A stretch of DNA of 64,000 nt from positions 24,998,954-25,062,953 of the forward strand of contig CP154954.1 in NCBI GenBank assembly GCA_039621445.1, written 5' to 3'. Both the position numbers and the translations under genes were made by a program. Positions 12,542 to 25,152 of this stretch are shown here, in pieces. The stretch comes from Euglena gracilis (Eukaryota). The notes beneath the pieces were generated by a model. That model did no database searches and was not told the origin of the DNA. It was given only the letters and a program-made list of their open reading frames with translations. Every line of letters begins with the position of its first letter. Positions within the stretch are counted from its first letter, which is position 1.

Positions 12542-13133
12542 TGTTGGGGGATGAGGACCCTCGCCCGGGGGGGCTGCCGGGGCCGCAACCACTTTTTTCT
12601 GGCCCTGGAGGGCTCAGGCCAGAGCCTTTCTGAAATTGGGCCCCGTTTTCGAACATGCCAACCGGCGGCAAAGGGGGTGAGGTGTGCCCCCCCGACCCAG
12701 GGTCCCCAGTTGCCCTGCGTAGGATCTTTTTTTCCCTCCACTGTTGGTTTTCCCCCATTTTCCAACTTTTGGACCAAAGGGTGGACAAAAACAAAACCAA
12801 CCCACCTACTTAGGATCAAACAGCAGAGCACAACAAACCTGGGACTTGAGAGGGTGAGTGAGTACCTTGAGTTCAGGTGTTGGGTGGGAAATATATATGG
12901 AAATGAATGCCTTTATTTCCTTGGATAATTGAGTTGTCCTCTTTGATCTTTCAATTCTCAATTGACTTTTCTGCCCTTGTGATTCTCAAATCGAATTCTC
13001 AAATTCTTCCTGGAATTTGCTGGGGTTCCAATTCCACTCGCGTGGCGGTTGACTTGCTTGGGTTATTTCTACTGGGGGGTTGCTGGGAATTTTCTCGGAA
13101 ATTTTTGGCTGCCGACGCCAGCGGCAGCCGACA
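12542..13133 (-). repeat. 3' LTR of non-autonomous element copy 1
   Basis: Direct repeat of 19414-20005, with the PPT adjacent at 13134-13144 (minus strand). Confidence 0.92.
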
Positions 13134-13179
13134 CCCCCTCCCTTGCGACGTCAGTCGGACCCGTTTTTCTGCCCCCCTC

Positions 13180-14782
13180 TGTTTTCTGAGTGTCTCCTTT
13201 CACCCACTGGGGGGTCAAACTTGAAAACTTTTCCTTTCCAGCAGCACTCACTTTCCTTCAGCACAGCATAAACCAAGACTTGAAATCTTCATCTGGCGCT
13301 CAGGCGTTCCAGGAGTCAAGGAGTTCAGGACAGTTGCAGCTGCAAAAAACAGAAATTTTTGTAATTAGGATAGGCGCCTCCTAATTCAATTTTGGGTTTT
13401 AAATTTTAAACCTGGCGCCGCCCACACACCCCTCTCTGGACACTGCGTGCCCACTGCCTTCGGCAATTTTTTTGCGGCGCCAAAATTGGCCTTTTTTGGG
13501 GGGACGGCTGAAATTTGCTTTTTTTAAATTTTTGAACGCTGAGTCAGGGGTATAATACAGCTGACCGGGATTTAGTCCAACAATGCCAAGCACCAATAGG
13601 GGGGCCACAGGGCCACCAGCCCACCCCAGAGAGGGGGCCAGTGGGGGGCTGCCAGGGGGAGTCCCAGGGCCTGTGGGTAGGCCCCCTTGTAGCGGTCCTC
13701 CCATCTGGGCCCTGGGCCTGGGCCACTGGCCAGCACAATCCCAAAGCCAATCTTGCAGGGAGGGGGCTCAAATTGAACACACAATCACTGCAAAGAGGCT
13801 TCACCACTTGAATCACTGAAATTTGGGCTGTCCCCTGTGCCGACCTGGAGCCTGAGGTGCACTTGTGGGGAGGACCCTCCTTTCATCTTTTGCCTCCTCA
13901 TTCTCCTTTTTGCTGAACTTGAAATTGGATTGGGAACTTTTGCCAATTTGAAACATTGACTTATCCTTCCACAGACAAATGCCACTTGTACTGGCCATTT
14001 TGTGGGGGGGACTGTGAACCCTGCCCCAACCAACTCAAACAACGGCGTGGCACAAGGATACTCCAGCATTCTGACAACAATGTCTTGAAGACCTTCCCAC
14101 CAGGGGGCAGTAACCCACTTTGGGACAACCAACACCGCATGACCATGATCCTTCTTCAGCTTGCGGATGACATTTGCAATGAGGCTGAATGGGGGATTTG
14201 CCCACAACAATCCAACAATGGAATGTGTCCACTTCACTGTGAAGGAATCTTCCACAAATTGTGACCCAGGTCCCCACCAGCATTTGAATCTCTTGCCTTC
14301 TTCCAAACTGAATGCATCAATGTTGGGGGTCTTCAATCCCAATCTGTCAATGATTTCAACAACATACTGAAATTTTACTGCATACAGCTCAGATTTCCAG
14401 CCCAGTTTTCTGCAGCATTGATCTTCCCAGATTTCTTCATCATTGACAATCCCTGACTTGACACTTTCTGAAATGTCCATTTATTCTGGCCAAACTGGCT
14501 GACTTTTGTCCTCCAGGCCTTGCGCAACAATTGAAGTCTTTGTGTTTTCTGAGTGTCTCCTTTCACCCTCTGGGGGGTCAAACTTGAAAACTTTTCCTTT
14601 CCAGCAGCACTCACTTTCCTTCAGCACAGCATAAACCAAGACTTGAAATCTTCATCTGGCGCTCAGGCCTTCCAGGAGTCAAAGAGTTCAGGACAGTTGC
14701 AGCTGCAAAAAAACAGAAATTTTTGTAATTAGGATAGGCGCCTCCTAATTCAATTTTGGGTTTTAAATTTTAAACCTGGCGC
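13180..14782. repeat. ~240-bp direct repeats (13180-13418 and 14543-14782) bracketing the methyltransferase ORF
   Basis: Near-identical TGTTTTCTGAGTGTCTCC...TTTAAACCTGGCGC blocks. Confidence 0.9.
13785..14480 (-). CDS. Dam-like DNA N6-adenine methyltransferase, 231 aa, uninterrupted
   Basis: IDAF...DSF...W...LLWANPPFS...AVLVVPKW...WW, the same motif series as the DIRS MT domains in this window. ATG start and a basic C-terminal tail (KRRMRRQKMK). Confidence 0.85.
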   Translation of the reverse strand: MDISESVKSGIVNDEEIWEDQCCRKLGWKSELYAVKFQYVVEIIDRLGLKTPNIDAFSLEEGKRFKCWWGPGSQFVEDSFTVKWTHSIVGLLWANPPFSLIANVIRKLKKDHGHAVLVVPKWVTAPWWEGLQDIVVRMLEYPCATPLFELVGAGFTVPPTKWPVQVAFVCGRISQCFKLAKVPNPISSSAKRRMRRQKMKGGSSPQVHLRLQVGTGDSPNFSDSSGEASLQ

Positions 14783-17700
14783 TGCCCGCACCCCCCCCCC
14801 CGAACAAAAACGAGGAGAGTGAAATTGATTTTTTTTGTGGGGGGCGAAAATTCTGTGTTTTCTTTTTGAAACGGGTCTTGTCGCTTTTTTTTTGTTGAAA
14901 ATCAGTGTTACGAGTCTGACCCCCCAGCCATGATATCGGGCACCTTGGGGGACTCTGAGAAATCAGGTCTACGAGGGAAGCCCCCCCACCCCTTTCCTCC
15001 GACAAGCATGGGGAATGGGTCTTTGAACACAAAATCTGAAAATTCTGAGTGAAACCAACTCTGGGCACTCCACCCCAAGGCCTAAGTCCCACGCTACCCC
15101 CTTGGTGAAAATCCTTTTGGCAGCTTTCATTGTGTGAAACTTCATTTGTCGATTTTTTTATAAAAAATTTAAAAAAATCAGGGACCTTGGCCAACAGTGC
15201 CTCAAAAAATGAATTGTGTGGGAAAAAGAAAAGGAGAACGAGAAACCTAGGCATTCCTTTCCAATTCGGGACAGTTGGGTAAGAAAAAGGCGAACGGTGA
15301 GGTGCAAAGGTAAGACGGTTGGTTATATATGGCGGGAATAGTGTACAGACGGGTGTGCGGGTTCGTGTGCAGTTGTGTGTTTTGTGTGTGTGCACGCTCA
15401 CTTCCTTGTCATGCATTCCAAACCGAAAATGACTGGGTCGATCGATTTTTTTTGAATGCAAAGAAAACAGGGCTTCACATTGGCCCTCAGCCACTTTCTC
15501 ACAGGGCTTCAGTGCCCACGTGGCTCGTTTTTTTTTTTTCATTGGCCCACACCAGGGCCTATGGACGGAGGAGGGGTCATCTCCAGTCCAGGGTCCCCCC
15601 CTCCCCCCGAGTTCGGATGCCTCCAAGCTGTGTTCCATGAAAAAATGCCTTTGACCAATATCCAATAGTCCGGACCGAATGAAAAACTGAGTTTTAAAAC
15701 TCCAACTCGTTTTGTCGTCCACCAGAAAAATTATCAAAATCCAACGTTTTTTCCAACCCTTTGTGTAAAAATCCTCCAGAAACAAAAATCCTCAAAAAAA
15801 TCAAAAAACTGAGTCCAACCCACAAGTCCAGGGCCTACAAAAGCCCTCAACAAGATCCAAAATTCCAACTGCCATGTACAACAAACAAAGTCCAACCGAG
15901 ACCAACCAACCCAACAGAAACAACATCCAGCAGCATACCGTTGCATAGGGGCCAGGCCATTCCAGCCCAACCCTGGGCACAACCAATTCACAGCCGAAAC
16001 CAACCGATTCGGCTTGCCAATTAAAATTCACTGCCCCCCCCCCCCCAATCGCACGAGGCAATGGGGGTCAAATGGTCAAATGACAAGGCAAACTCAAAAA
16101 TACTGAAAATTCAAATCCAATTTTCTCAGCCAAAGCAATTTTTCGCTGCCCCCCCCCCCCCAGTCACATGGGGCCATGGGGGTCAATCTGGCTTCAGCCT
16201 CCAAACAAAAAAATAACAAAACTGGGCCGTAATATCCAGACCGGCTGAAATCACACACATGTCAAAAGACGGGCCTTCACAATGTCCCCCCCACCCCGTC
16301 AACCAATGCGGGGAGGGCCATGGGTTAAAAATTCCTGGCTGCAAAACTGAAATCCCCGTTCGATGAAAAAAATTGAGAAAATGGAAATTTCATCAAACCC
16401 CGTCACAATCTGGGGTGTGACCAAAAACAGTCACGGTCACAAAATGACGCATTCCTGTCCCCACCCAAACGTCTCACAGGGTATCCAATTCTGAGTCAAA
16501 AAATTCCAACCGTAAAACCAAATCTGATTTTGATCCAGCACACCATCAAAAAAACAGAGCTCAACACAGTCCCCCCCCCCCAGCTGCACGAGGAGGGAGA
16601 AAAACTGGCTCCAAACCAAAGCAAAATTCTGAGACCCGAAAACATGAAAAATCTGATTCAGCGCTGTGGGAGCAGCCAACCTGGGCCTGGACCTGGGCAT
16701 TGGCCGTGCATCGGGCCACTGCCCACTGCAGGCTCTGTGAGGTCCTTAAGCTTCTCTCCCCAGCACTTCAGTAAATACCACAAACAATCCACAATTGTGA
16801 TCATCATCGTAATCATGTGATTCAATTGCTTGGGTCTCATTGATGTCATTGAAATCTGTTCTTAATCTCATTGAAATGTTCATCCCAGTCCTTGAAGTTG
16901 ATTCTTGGCAAACTCTTGCACTTTTTGAATTTAATAAATTCACTCAAATTCCTTGGTGACTTGTCTGCTTTAGATCACAATGTAATTCAATGTCAATGTA
17001 ATCATCATTGTCCCAGTCAACAAAATTGGACTTGTTGAACAAAACAACCTTGAAATTCTCAGACTCTTTGGCGTTGATTCTCTTCGGTGCTTCTGTTTGA
17101 TTGATTGCTTGAACCTGCATGACAAAGCACACACACACGCACAAAATTCACCACTGGCAACACAGAAGGGAGATTTCTGAATTTTCTTACTGAACCGAAC
17201 CTGAAAATGCCACTGAACTCTGAACCAAAAAGGCACTTAAAATCTGTATCTTGATCCATCCAATGGGTCACACGAAAACTGTGTATGCAACCCCCAAAAC
17301 TGTAAAAATTGCCCTCAGGAGTTTTGCATTGTGAGGCCTCATGTGATTCTCCCTTAAGCAGACTCCTACAGCTGAAAAAAATGCAACAGAAAGTGTTACC
17401 CACAGATCAACAGATCTTTCACTGAAAAACTGAACTGAATGATGATGATGCCACTGATGGGCCCAAAAATGGACTTACCTCAGGGGTGTCTTTTCCTCCT
17501 GGTTTTATCCACCTTGGTTCCCACTGACTGAAAATTGAAACCTTTCCTGAGCCCTTAGATGGGTGGCCACAGGGGTGTTTATTCCTGGCCTGGGTCCAAC
17601 CCCACCCTTGGAACCCCTCTTTGCGCGCTTTCCAAAAAACTTTTTGGTTCGAGTGGTCCATCGGAGGTCTCCCCCCTCCTCAGGAGTTGGCAAAAACCCA

Positions 17701-19401
17701 GATAAAACCTGCCACAGGACTGCTGGGCTGCCACACTCGAAAACCACAAAAAAACTGGACTGAAAAATCCCAAAAAACTGTGCCGATTCTCCAACATATG
17801 TCCCTGTCCGGGGGTAAGTTTCTCTCTGAAAAAACTGTCCCGTGACAAAAAGGACCAGCAAAAACACAAACAATGATCCCACCTGAAATGCCTGATTTGT
17901 CCCCGTCTGGGATGGTGACACATGTCAATGCCGTGCCCCACCCCAAATGACATTCGGGACAAGAACCGAAAACTGAAAACTCTGAAACTGAAAATGAAGG
18001 ATCATTGATCTGGCTGCCTGAACACTAGGAGAAAATTCCCAAGCATCGTGGCTGGGCGTCTCCATTGATGTGGAAAGCAACCGGGGAAAAAACATGCACC
18101 CCAGAAACCAGATTCAAAATGTTTGACTTGGCTGCTTTTCCATAAGCCAAACTCTGTGAACTGAAAATCCAGATTTAAAATTCTGGTTGATTACGCATCT
18201 GCCTCCAACACCAGATCACCATGAAAAACGTATCGCAAAACAATCACAATGCCACAAGCAAATCACAAAAACATACTGATCTGTAAAGTGCTGTGCGGTG
18301 CCAGTCAGTGGTTAGACCTGTGAAAAGACCTCGAAAAATCACCACCACCACTGATGCGGTGGAAACCACCCCCAGCTGTTCCAGGGATTTGCAAATCAGT
18401 CCCAACCCCACCAATCCTGAAACCAACTTGGTCTCAAAAATTGAAAGTCATTCCAGCTGTTTTTGGCAGGCCTCCAGAATTTTTTTGCCTGTCTGAATTT
18501 CCTTGGCTGTGCGGCAAAATCCGAGGAAGATTTCTCAGAAGACACTGATGACGGCTGCAAATTTGTGACATGTCCAGAATTCAGATTCACAGGCACAAAA
18601 TTTTCTGGACTTAGAAATTTTTCATTGGGCTGTAACTTTTCAATGATTTGCAATTCAAAGATTTTCAGCCGTTCCTCCAGAATCTTTTCTTCACTCTCCA
18701 GCCGTTTTGACAGAGCCTCGCCCTTCTCACACAGGGACTGGATGCTTTCAGAAAAACGATTTTCAATTTCACTGCAAGTTCATGTGTAAAGGTCATGAAA
18801 ACTATCTGCCAAATTTCTCAGACGGGTTACAACTTCAGCCATCCGTCCCTCCAAGTGGCTGGACTCACTTTGGCTGGGCACTTCCTCCAGTTTCGTCAGT
18901 CTCTCGTTCAGGGAAAAAGTGTTTAAAAATAATTCTGTGATACCTGCCTCAACTTTTTGCCACCACTCATCCCAAGGGTCATTAAAAGTTTCAGGTTTTG
19001 TGACCTCTGAAGTTTCCACACTGTCTGATTTAACACTCACCTGTCCTGATTCAGATTCACACGCCACACCTCTGATGTGCAAAACATTTGGACAAGCAAA
19101 TCTCTGTGGTTTAACTTCAGGTTCTCTTGGCAGTGACCTTTTTGGGCTTACCCCTGACGCTTTACAAGATTGACATGGAGAAGCTGAGGCAGGGCCATGA
19201 GAATGTCCAATGGCTGCTTCACATCTGAGTTTCCAAAACTCCCTCTGAGACGCCAGATATTCAGCCTCCCTTTTTCTTTGTTCCTCTGTTTGGGTATCAC
19301 TGAATTCAATTCCCAACAATTTGAAGTGGTCACAGTATTCTTTGATTTCTTTTTCATCAAAGGAATCTAAAAATTCTTCACTGACAGAGTCAGTGAAGCC
19401 A

Positions 19402-19413
19402 CCTCTGCTACCA
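19402..19413 (-). promoter_or_regulatory. tRNA-iMet primer-binding site
   Basis: Minus strand reads TGGTAGCAGAGG directly after the 5' LTR. Confidence 0.85.
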
Positions 19414-20005
19414 TGTTGGGGGATGAGAACCCTCGCCCGGGGGGGCTGCCGGGGCCGCAACCACTTTTTTCTGGCCCTGGAGGGCTCAGGCCAGGGCCTT
19501 TCTGAAATTGGGCCCCGTTTTCGAACATGCCAACCGGCGGCAAAGGGGGTGAGGTGTGCCCCCCCGACCCAGGGTCCCCAGTTGCCCCGCGTAGGATCTT
19601 TTTTTCTCTCCACTGTTGATTTTTGCCCATTTTCCAACTTTTGGACCAAAGGGTGGACAAAAACAAAACCAACCCACCTTCTTAGGATCAAACAGCAGAG
19701 CACAACAAACCTGGGACTTGAGAGGGTGAGTGAGTACCTTGAGTTCAGGTGTTGGGTGGGAAAGAAATATGGAAATGAATGCCTTGATTTTTTTGGATAA
19801 TTGAATTGTCCTCTTTGATCTTTCAATTCTCAATTGACTTTTCTGCCCTTGTGATTCTCAAATCGAATTCTCAAATTCTTCCTGGAATTTGCTGGGGTTC
19901 CAATTCCACTCGCGTGGCGGTTGACTTGCTTGGGTTATTTCTACTGGGGGGTTTCTGGGATTTTTCTGGGAAATTTTTGGCTGCCGACGCCAGCGGCAGC
20001 CGACA
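19414..20005 (-). repeat. 5' LTR of non-autonomous element copy 1
   Basis: Direct repeat of 12542-13133. Confidence 0.92.
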
Positions 20006-21149
20006 AAATCCGCATTCAAAATTTCTCCACTAAAGTTGAAATTCTAATTGACACTGGTTATCGCATTGAATTGCTTTTTCGGTTGGGATTGATACCGACC
20101 CCGCTCTTGGTAAGCGCCAAGAAACCGAGCAAAGTTACAACCGCGGATAACACCCCCATGTGCGGTGGTGTTTTTGGGATGTGTGCTCGAGATACTCTTG
20201 CCCATCATTCCAAAGCATCACTCACCCCCCCCACAATTACAACATTTCACCAATATTTGGGGTTACGAGTCCGGAATTCACAGGTCTGACGTAATTTTGG
20301 GGTACCCATTTTTACGCCAGTACCGATTGGTTGTGGATTGCCACTCCCACGGCTTGCGCACAGCACCCACCACTTCATTGCCACCCAAACCACCATTACC
20401 GCTGGCGTCAGCCATGACGACCACCACTTTTTCAACACCGTTATCCACAACGGCAACACCGTTATCCACCACACCAACAACCGGTTTGCACACCCGGGGT
20501 ACGGAGAAAGCCTCCCCCCTACCCAATGACACACCCACATGCGTTCCACATGAGGTAGGGCAAGCGATTAGCGTTACCCCCGCCGTTCCACTGGGTTACA
20601 AGACGAAAGCCCAAAGGCCTGCAGTGATCACGGTGTCGAGTAGTCGCCCAGCTACACCACCACTCCGTTTCCCACCAGTTGTGCCGAATCCAGGCACACC
20701 TGTACAGGACTCACCGGCTAAGGCCATCGACACCCACTTACACGCACACCCGTCACACCATCACACTTCCTACCAATGTGTGCACTGCAGGAGAATTTAC
20801 ACCCAATCGGATTTCGATTGTGGATGTTTAGTTCAATGTACGACACTAATCGCAATTCCGAATACGGAATACGCACGCCATGATACACTTGGTTGTAGCC
20901 CGCAATGCGCGGAGATACACCGAGTTCTCCAACAACGCGGATTAACCTCGTTGTTTGGAAACGCGAAAAGCGTTTTGCCTAATCACCATCCCGAGTACAC
21001 TTGGCATTAATTTGATGCGGAATGGGGAAACCCCCAGCCTGTCCAAACTCCCTTGGGATTAACCCTTGCGGTAGTAGAAGACAGCCCGCATGTTTGTGGA
21101 TCCATTCATTGTGTTTCGTCACTCCTACCCGGAAATCGGGTGCATGAAA

Positions 21150-21590
21150 ACGCGAAAGGCGTATGGAATGCTTTTAATTTTGGTCAATATCGCATTTTGG
21201 AACGATTGTTTTCCAAAATCGCGAGATTGGCTGATTCTTTTGATTTGGCATTGGAAATCGATGCCTTTTCATCCAATGCACATGCCCGTTTGCCACGTCA
21301 TTAGTCACAACACTCGAACGCATTTGATAAATTTTGGGGATACGGTGTTATGGATGCACCCCCCTCCAAAACTTATCGAATGTGCGGTTGAGAAAATTCT
21401 GCGGGATGAAGCCCGTGGAGTTATTCTCAAACCCATCATTCCGGAAGCGTAATGGTTCACTCGACTATCGTATGTGTGTTTTTACTGGTGGGATTTACCC
21501 ACTAATGTACCGATTTTTGAAGATTTTTGTGGTAAAATATTACCACCCTTGCAAGAAATCATTTTTCGTGTATGTTTCTTCGATGCATTT
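21150..21590 (+). pseudogene. Dam-like methyltransferase domain embedded in gypsy pol, between PR and RT
   Basis: EIDAFSS..ARLPRH*..NAF..W / VLWMHPP..LI..AVEKILRDEARGVIL.P...*WF..L, which runs into the RT frame 21474..22148. Confidence 0.7.
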
Positions 21591-24552
21591 GGAATGTCCG
21601 AATTTGCGGTGCCGAGGAAGCTCGGTAGCCCCAGGGATACCCTGGCGGTTTCCGCAGTCATCGAGAGTGCAGGTCAGCATCCTAAGTCAGCCGAATTCTG
21701 TTCGCGGATCACCCGCGAATTTCACGGTGTGCTGGAAAATCCAGTATACGCGTGCGACATCGACCCCGCGATACGGGGTCCGTTCGGTGTTTGTAAGATC
21801 GAGCTTGAGGAAGAAGCTAAACCAATGCACCGAAAATTTTTTCGATGTTCGGGAGAACGCAAACAAGCTCTCAATGAAATGATTGAGAAGCTTATTCAGC
21901 GCAAGTGGATCGTACCCTCGAAAAGCGAGTGGACATCCCAGGCATTCGTTGTTCCTAAACCTCCAGACCCCTCCGGTCAGAAGAAATGGAGACTGGTACT
22001 GTATCAGCGGTACCTGAACTCCCAAACAAGGGATGATCCCTTCCCGCTCCCCCTGATCGAGGATTTGATCACCAAACAATCGGAAAACCGGTTGTGGTCA
22101 ATTTTTGATCTGGAGGACCGGTTTTCACCAAATGCACTTGCACCCTGACTCACAAACATACACAGCATTCGTGACATCCAAGGGTGTGTACCAATGGACG
22201 GTACTCCCCATGGGTGTTAAGAATGGCCCAGCCATGTTTAAGCGCATGATACAATGGGTTCTACGCGATTTACCGTTTGCCATTGTGTACATTGATGATG
22301 TGCTGGTGGGAACACCACCATCAAAAAAACATGTGCTTTTCGCGAAAGGCGCGAAAATGCATTTGTTTCGGATACTTATAAAATTTTGCCGTCACATCCT
22401 CAGCAATTGACAGCGGAAAGCCGCTCCGAGTAAACTCGAAGCCATCAAGAAATGGACCACTGAGATAATCAAACCGATTACACACCTCAAAGGATTTTTG
22501 GGATTAGTCCAATACTACGCGATATATATGAAGGACTTCGCGAAAATCGCGGTTCCCCTCACCAAACAGCTCAAAGACCGGGCTGTTGACAACACCAAAG
22601 TCATTTGGGATGACCAAATGCACGTGGCCCTTGAGAAAATCAAGGTTTTGCTTTTGGAGAATGTTGTCCTCGAAATCGCGGACCCGTACAAACCATATGT
22701 GCTGGAAGTCGACAGCAGCGATTACGCTGTTGACGGAGTTCTTAGCCAGCATAACGCGGTGAATGAACTCCGACCTGTGGCTTTCTTCAGCAGAAAGCTA
22801 CAGGGCGACGACGGAAAAGGTCCAGTCAAGTGGAGTATACGCGAGAAGGAAACCGACGCAATCGTGCTTATACTCCAGAAATTCCGAAGCTGGGTAGCCA
22901 GTAGCCTCGTCCAGATCCTCGTCAAGACCGAGCATGAGAGTCTACAGCACTTGTACACCGAGGATTTGAACAAGGCCATGTCATCGGTCGGAAGGCGATG
23001 CAGATGGCATGAATTCTTGAGTCAATTCACCCTTGTGGTTATATATACCCCTGGTCATAAACAAAAAGTAGCGGATCCGCTCAGTCGGGCCCCTTGGTAT
23101 TACCATGGGAACCCGGATGAGGGAGACGCGACTTTTCATGGAAGTCAGGAAGCTGACTAGTACGCACGTCGAAACGACGCTGCGGACAATCTTTTGGATT
23201 CTTTTCCTGTTTCACAACGAAGCACGTCCGGACCCCGGCGTATTACACGCACGGAGTCCCCTTCCCCACTGTTCTTTCACGAATGGGATTATAGTCGTTA
23301 TCCGGTGTATGACACCATTGTCACCAGACTTCGTAATGGCGAAGTACTGGACAATTACACTCTTTCACCTTTACGGTTGGTTTTTCGCAATGAATCGGGT
23401 TACAAATATTGTATTACCCAGGACCTGGTTGATGATGTGATTTTTTGTGTTATCACAACCATGGTCACCCTGGGGCCCCCAAACTTCTTTCGTTGGTGGG
23501 CCGCAGGTATTGCACAACCCTGAGCGAGAAAGAGCTTTACTCACGCTGTTTGCGAAAAGCGCAACGGTGTCAAATTTGTCAAGCGGTAAAACCCGCAGAG
23601 GTACCCCCCCCCCTGGTACGATGGACTTCTTCCCCGTACCCCCTGACAATTTTACATCCCTCTGCATGGATTTTCTGGAAATAGAACTGTGCAAAGGAAC
23701 GGACGACAAAATTTACGATTACGTTTTTGTTGTCGTCTGCAGGCTGAGTGGGTACATTGTAGCCATTCCATGCCAGAAGTCAAGGTTGACTGCCCAAAGT
23801 TTGGCAACTATATTTTTGGAGAAATGCATTTGGTTAATAAGTTTACCGAATGAAATCGTGAGTGATCAAGACCACTTGATTTCTTCAAGGTTTTTCACCA
23901 CTTTGTGCGGTTCACTCGGAATCGAGCAGAATTTTCCATTATATACCGACCCAAAGGCAATGGTAGAGCCGAGGCAGCCGTGAAATCCGTTGTGAATATG
24001 CTTCGCCTTTCACTGGCTGACTCGCGCAGCAACTGGATATCAGTTCTACCATGGTCTTTGTTTTATATCAATACCCTACCATGGTTGGTTTTGCCTCACT
24101 CCCCCTATAAATTAGTTTTCGGACGGGACCCTCCGGCCAAAGGGGATGTCCCTTCGGAGAGACCCGCCCGAACGAGTGTCAGTTGCGAGACCTGGTTTGC
24201 AGAAGTAGAAAATCTACGTTCTTCAGTCCAGAAGCGCGTGACTGATATTCATGGAACTAAACGGAAATCGTTTTTGCAGAATTTCAAGTCACCTGTGTAT
24301 AGTCCCGGTGACCGCGTGTGGGTACGGAATAGCCGTACTCACATGCAGTCTTCCAAGCTGGACCCCCTCTGGCTCGGCCCCTGTGAAATCCTAGAAAGAC
24401 TAGGTACCAGCGGGCGTTACAAGGTTGCATTACCGAATGGTGTTGAGGACGTTCATATGGACGATTTCAAACCATACCTGTAGCCACCGGATGGGAAACC
24501 CATCCCGTGTCTGCACTTCAAACCCCGTTGCAGATTACCTGAGACGGACGAC

Positions 24553-24741
24553 TTTGTAGTCGATAAAATTATCGATCACAAAGTCGACAGAGGTATGCAC
24601 CTTTGGAAGGTCCGCTGGAAAGGGTATGGGCCCGAGGATGACACCTGGGAGCCAGCAACCAGTTTTGTTGGGTATGTCCAGCAAGATTGGAAGTTGTTGA
24701 ACAAGAAGCATAACATTGATGTTTCCATGACAAGTTTTTGA
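24553..24741 (+). pseudogene. Chromodomain at the integrase C-terminus
   Basis: FVVDKIIDHKVDRGMHLWKVRWKGYGPEDDTWEP, in frame with the integrase after one premature TAG at 24481. Confidence 0.9.
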
Positions 24742-25152
24742 GAACGCATGGGAAACCCATGTTGTTTTCTTCTCTTTTTATCAGTGATTCTTATCATTCT
24801 TTCTTTCCGCAGACTTTTTAGCAAATAATACTCAAGCGGTTACCCTTACACACCTTACAACCAACAACCCAAACATCCCACCGTACCGACCCGGGGCGGT
24901 ATCATGCTGCCGTGTGGAAGGGCAGCCAGGCGGAGGACCGCCTTACCACCCCACAACTCACCCTCAACCTGACCAATATGCGTACCGATACGGCACGCAA
25001 CCACCTGCACGGACTGCGGCTCAGGGAAACCCTGAAGCCAGCAGCAGTAGCAGGATGACCCAAATGCCCGCGGAAGCGCGGCCATCTCAGCCATCGGGCT
25101 CTCGTCGCCTCCCACAGTATGCGGGTGTGATGATCCACCGCCGGCGGAGACG

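Larger units (their letters stand above)
12542..20005 (-). mobile_element. Non-autonomous LTR retroelement (LARD-like), copy 1, carrying a methyltransferase ORF
   Basis: 592-bp LTRs at 12542-13133 and 19414-20005 (TG..CA). 4-bp TSD AAAT. PBS TGGTAGCAGAGG. PPT AAGGGAGGGGG. No RT or integrase motifs seen inside. Confidence 0.92.
20010..24741 (+). pseudogene. Chromovirus pol: aspartic protease, Dam-like MT, RT, RNase H, integrase, chromodomain
   Basis: ILIDTG (PR). WRLV, PLPLI, LPMG.KNGP, YIDD (RT). EVDSSDYAV.GVLSQ, RPVAFFSRKL (RH). H..GH..C..C, MDF, IVSDQD, NGRAE (INT). KLDPLWLGP. Chromodomain. Stops and frameshifts throughout. Confidence 0.93.

Noticed and set aside
13785-14480. Bacterial or phage restriction-modification system or prophage
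   Set aside because: The MT lies within eukaryotic LTRs with PBS, PPT and TSD. No cognate nuclease, operon structure or phage genes are present.
14763-18500. ORFs of 100-340 aa in the LARD interior
   Set aside because: Frames are not preserved between the two LARD copies, the sequence is homopolymer-rich and no domain motifs are present.
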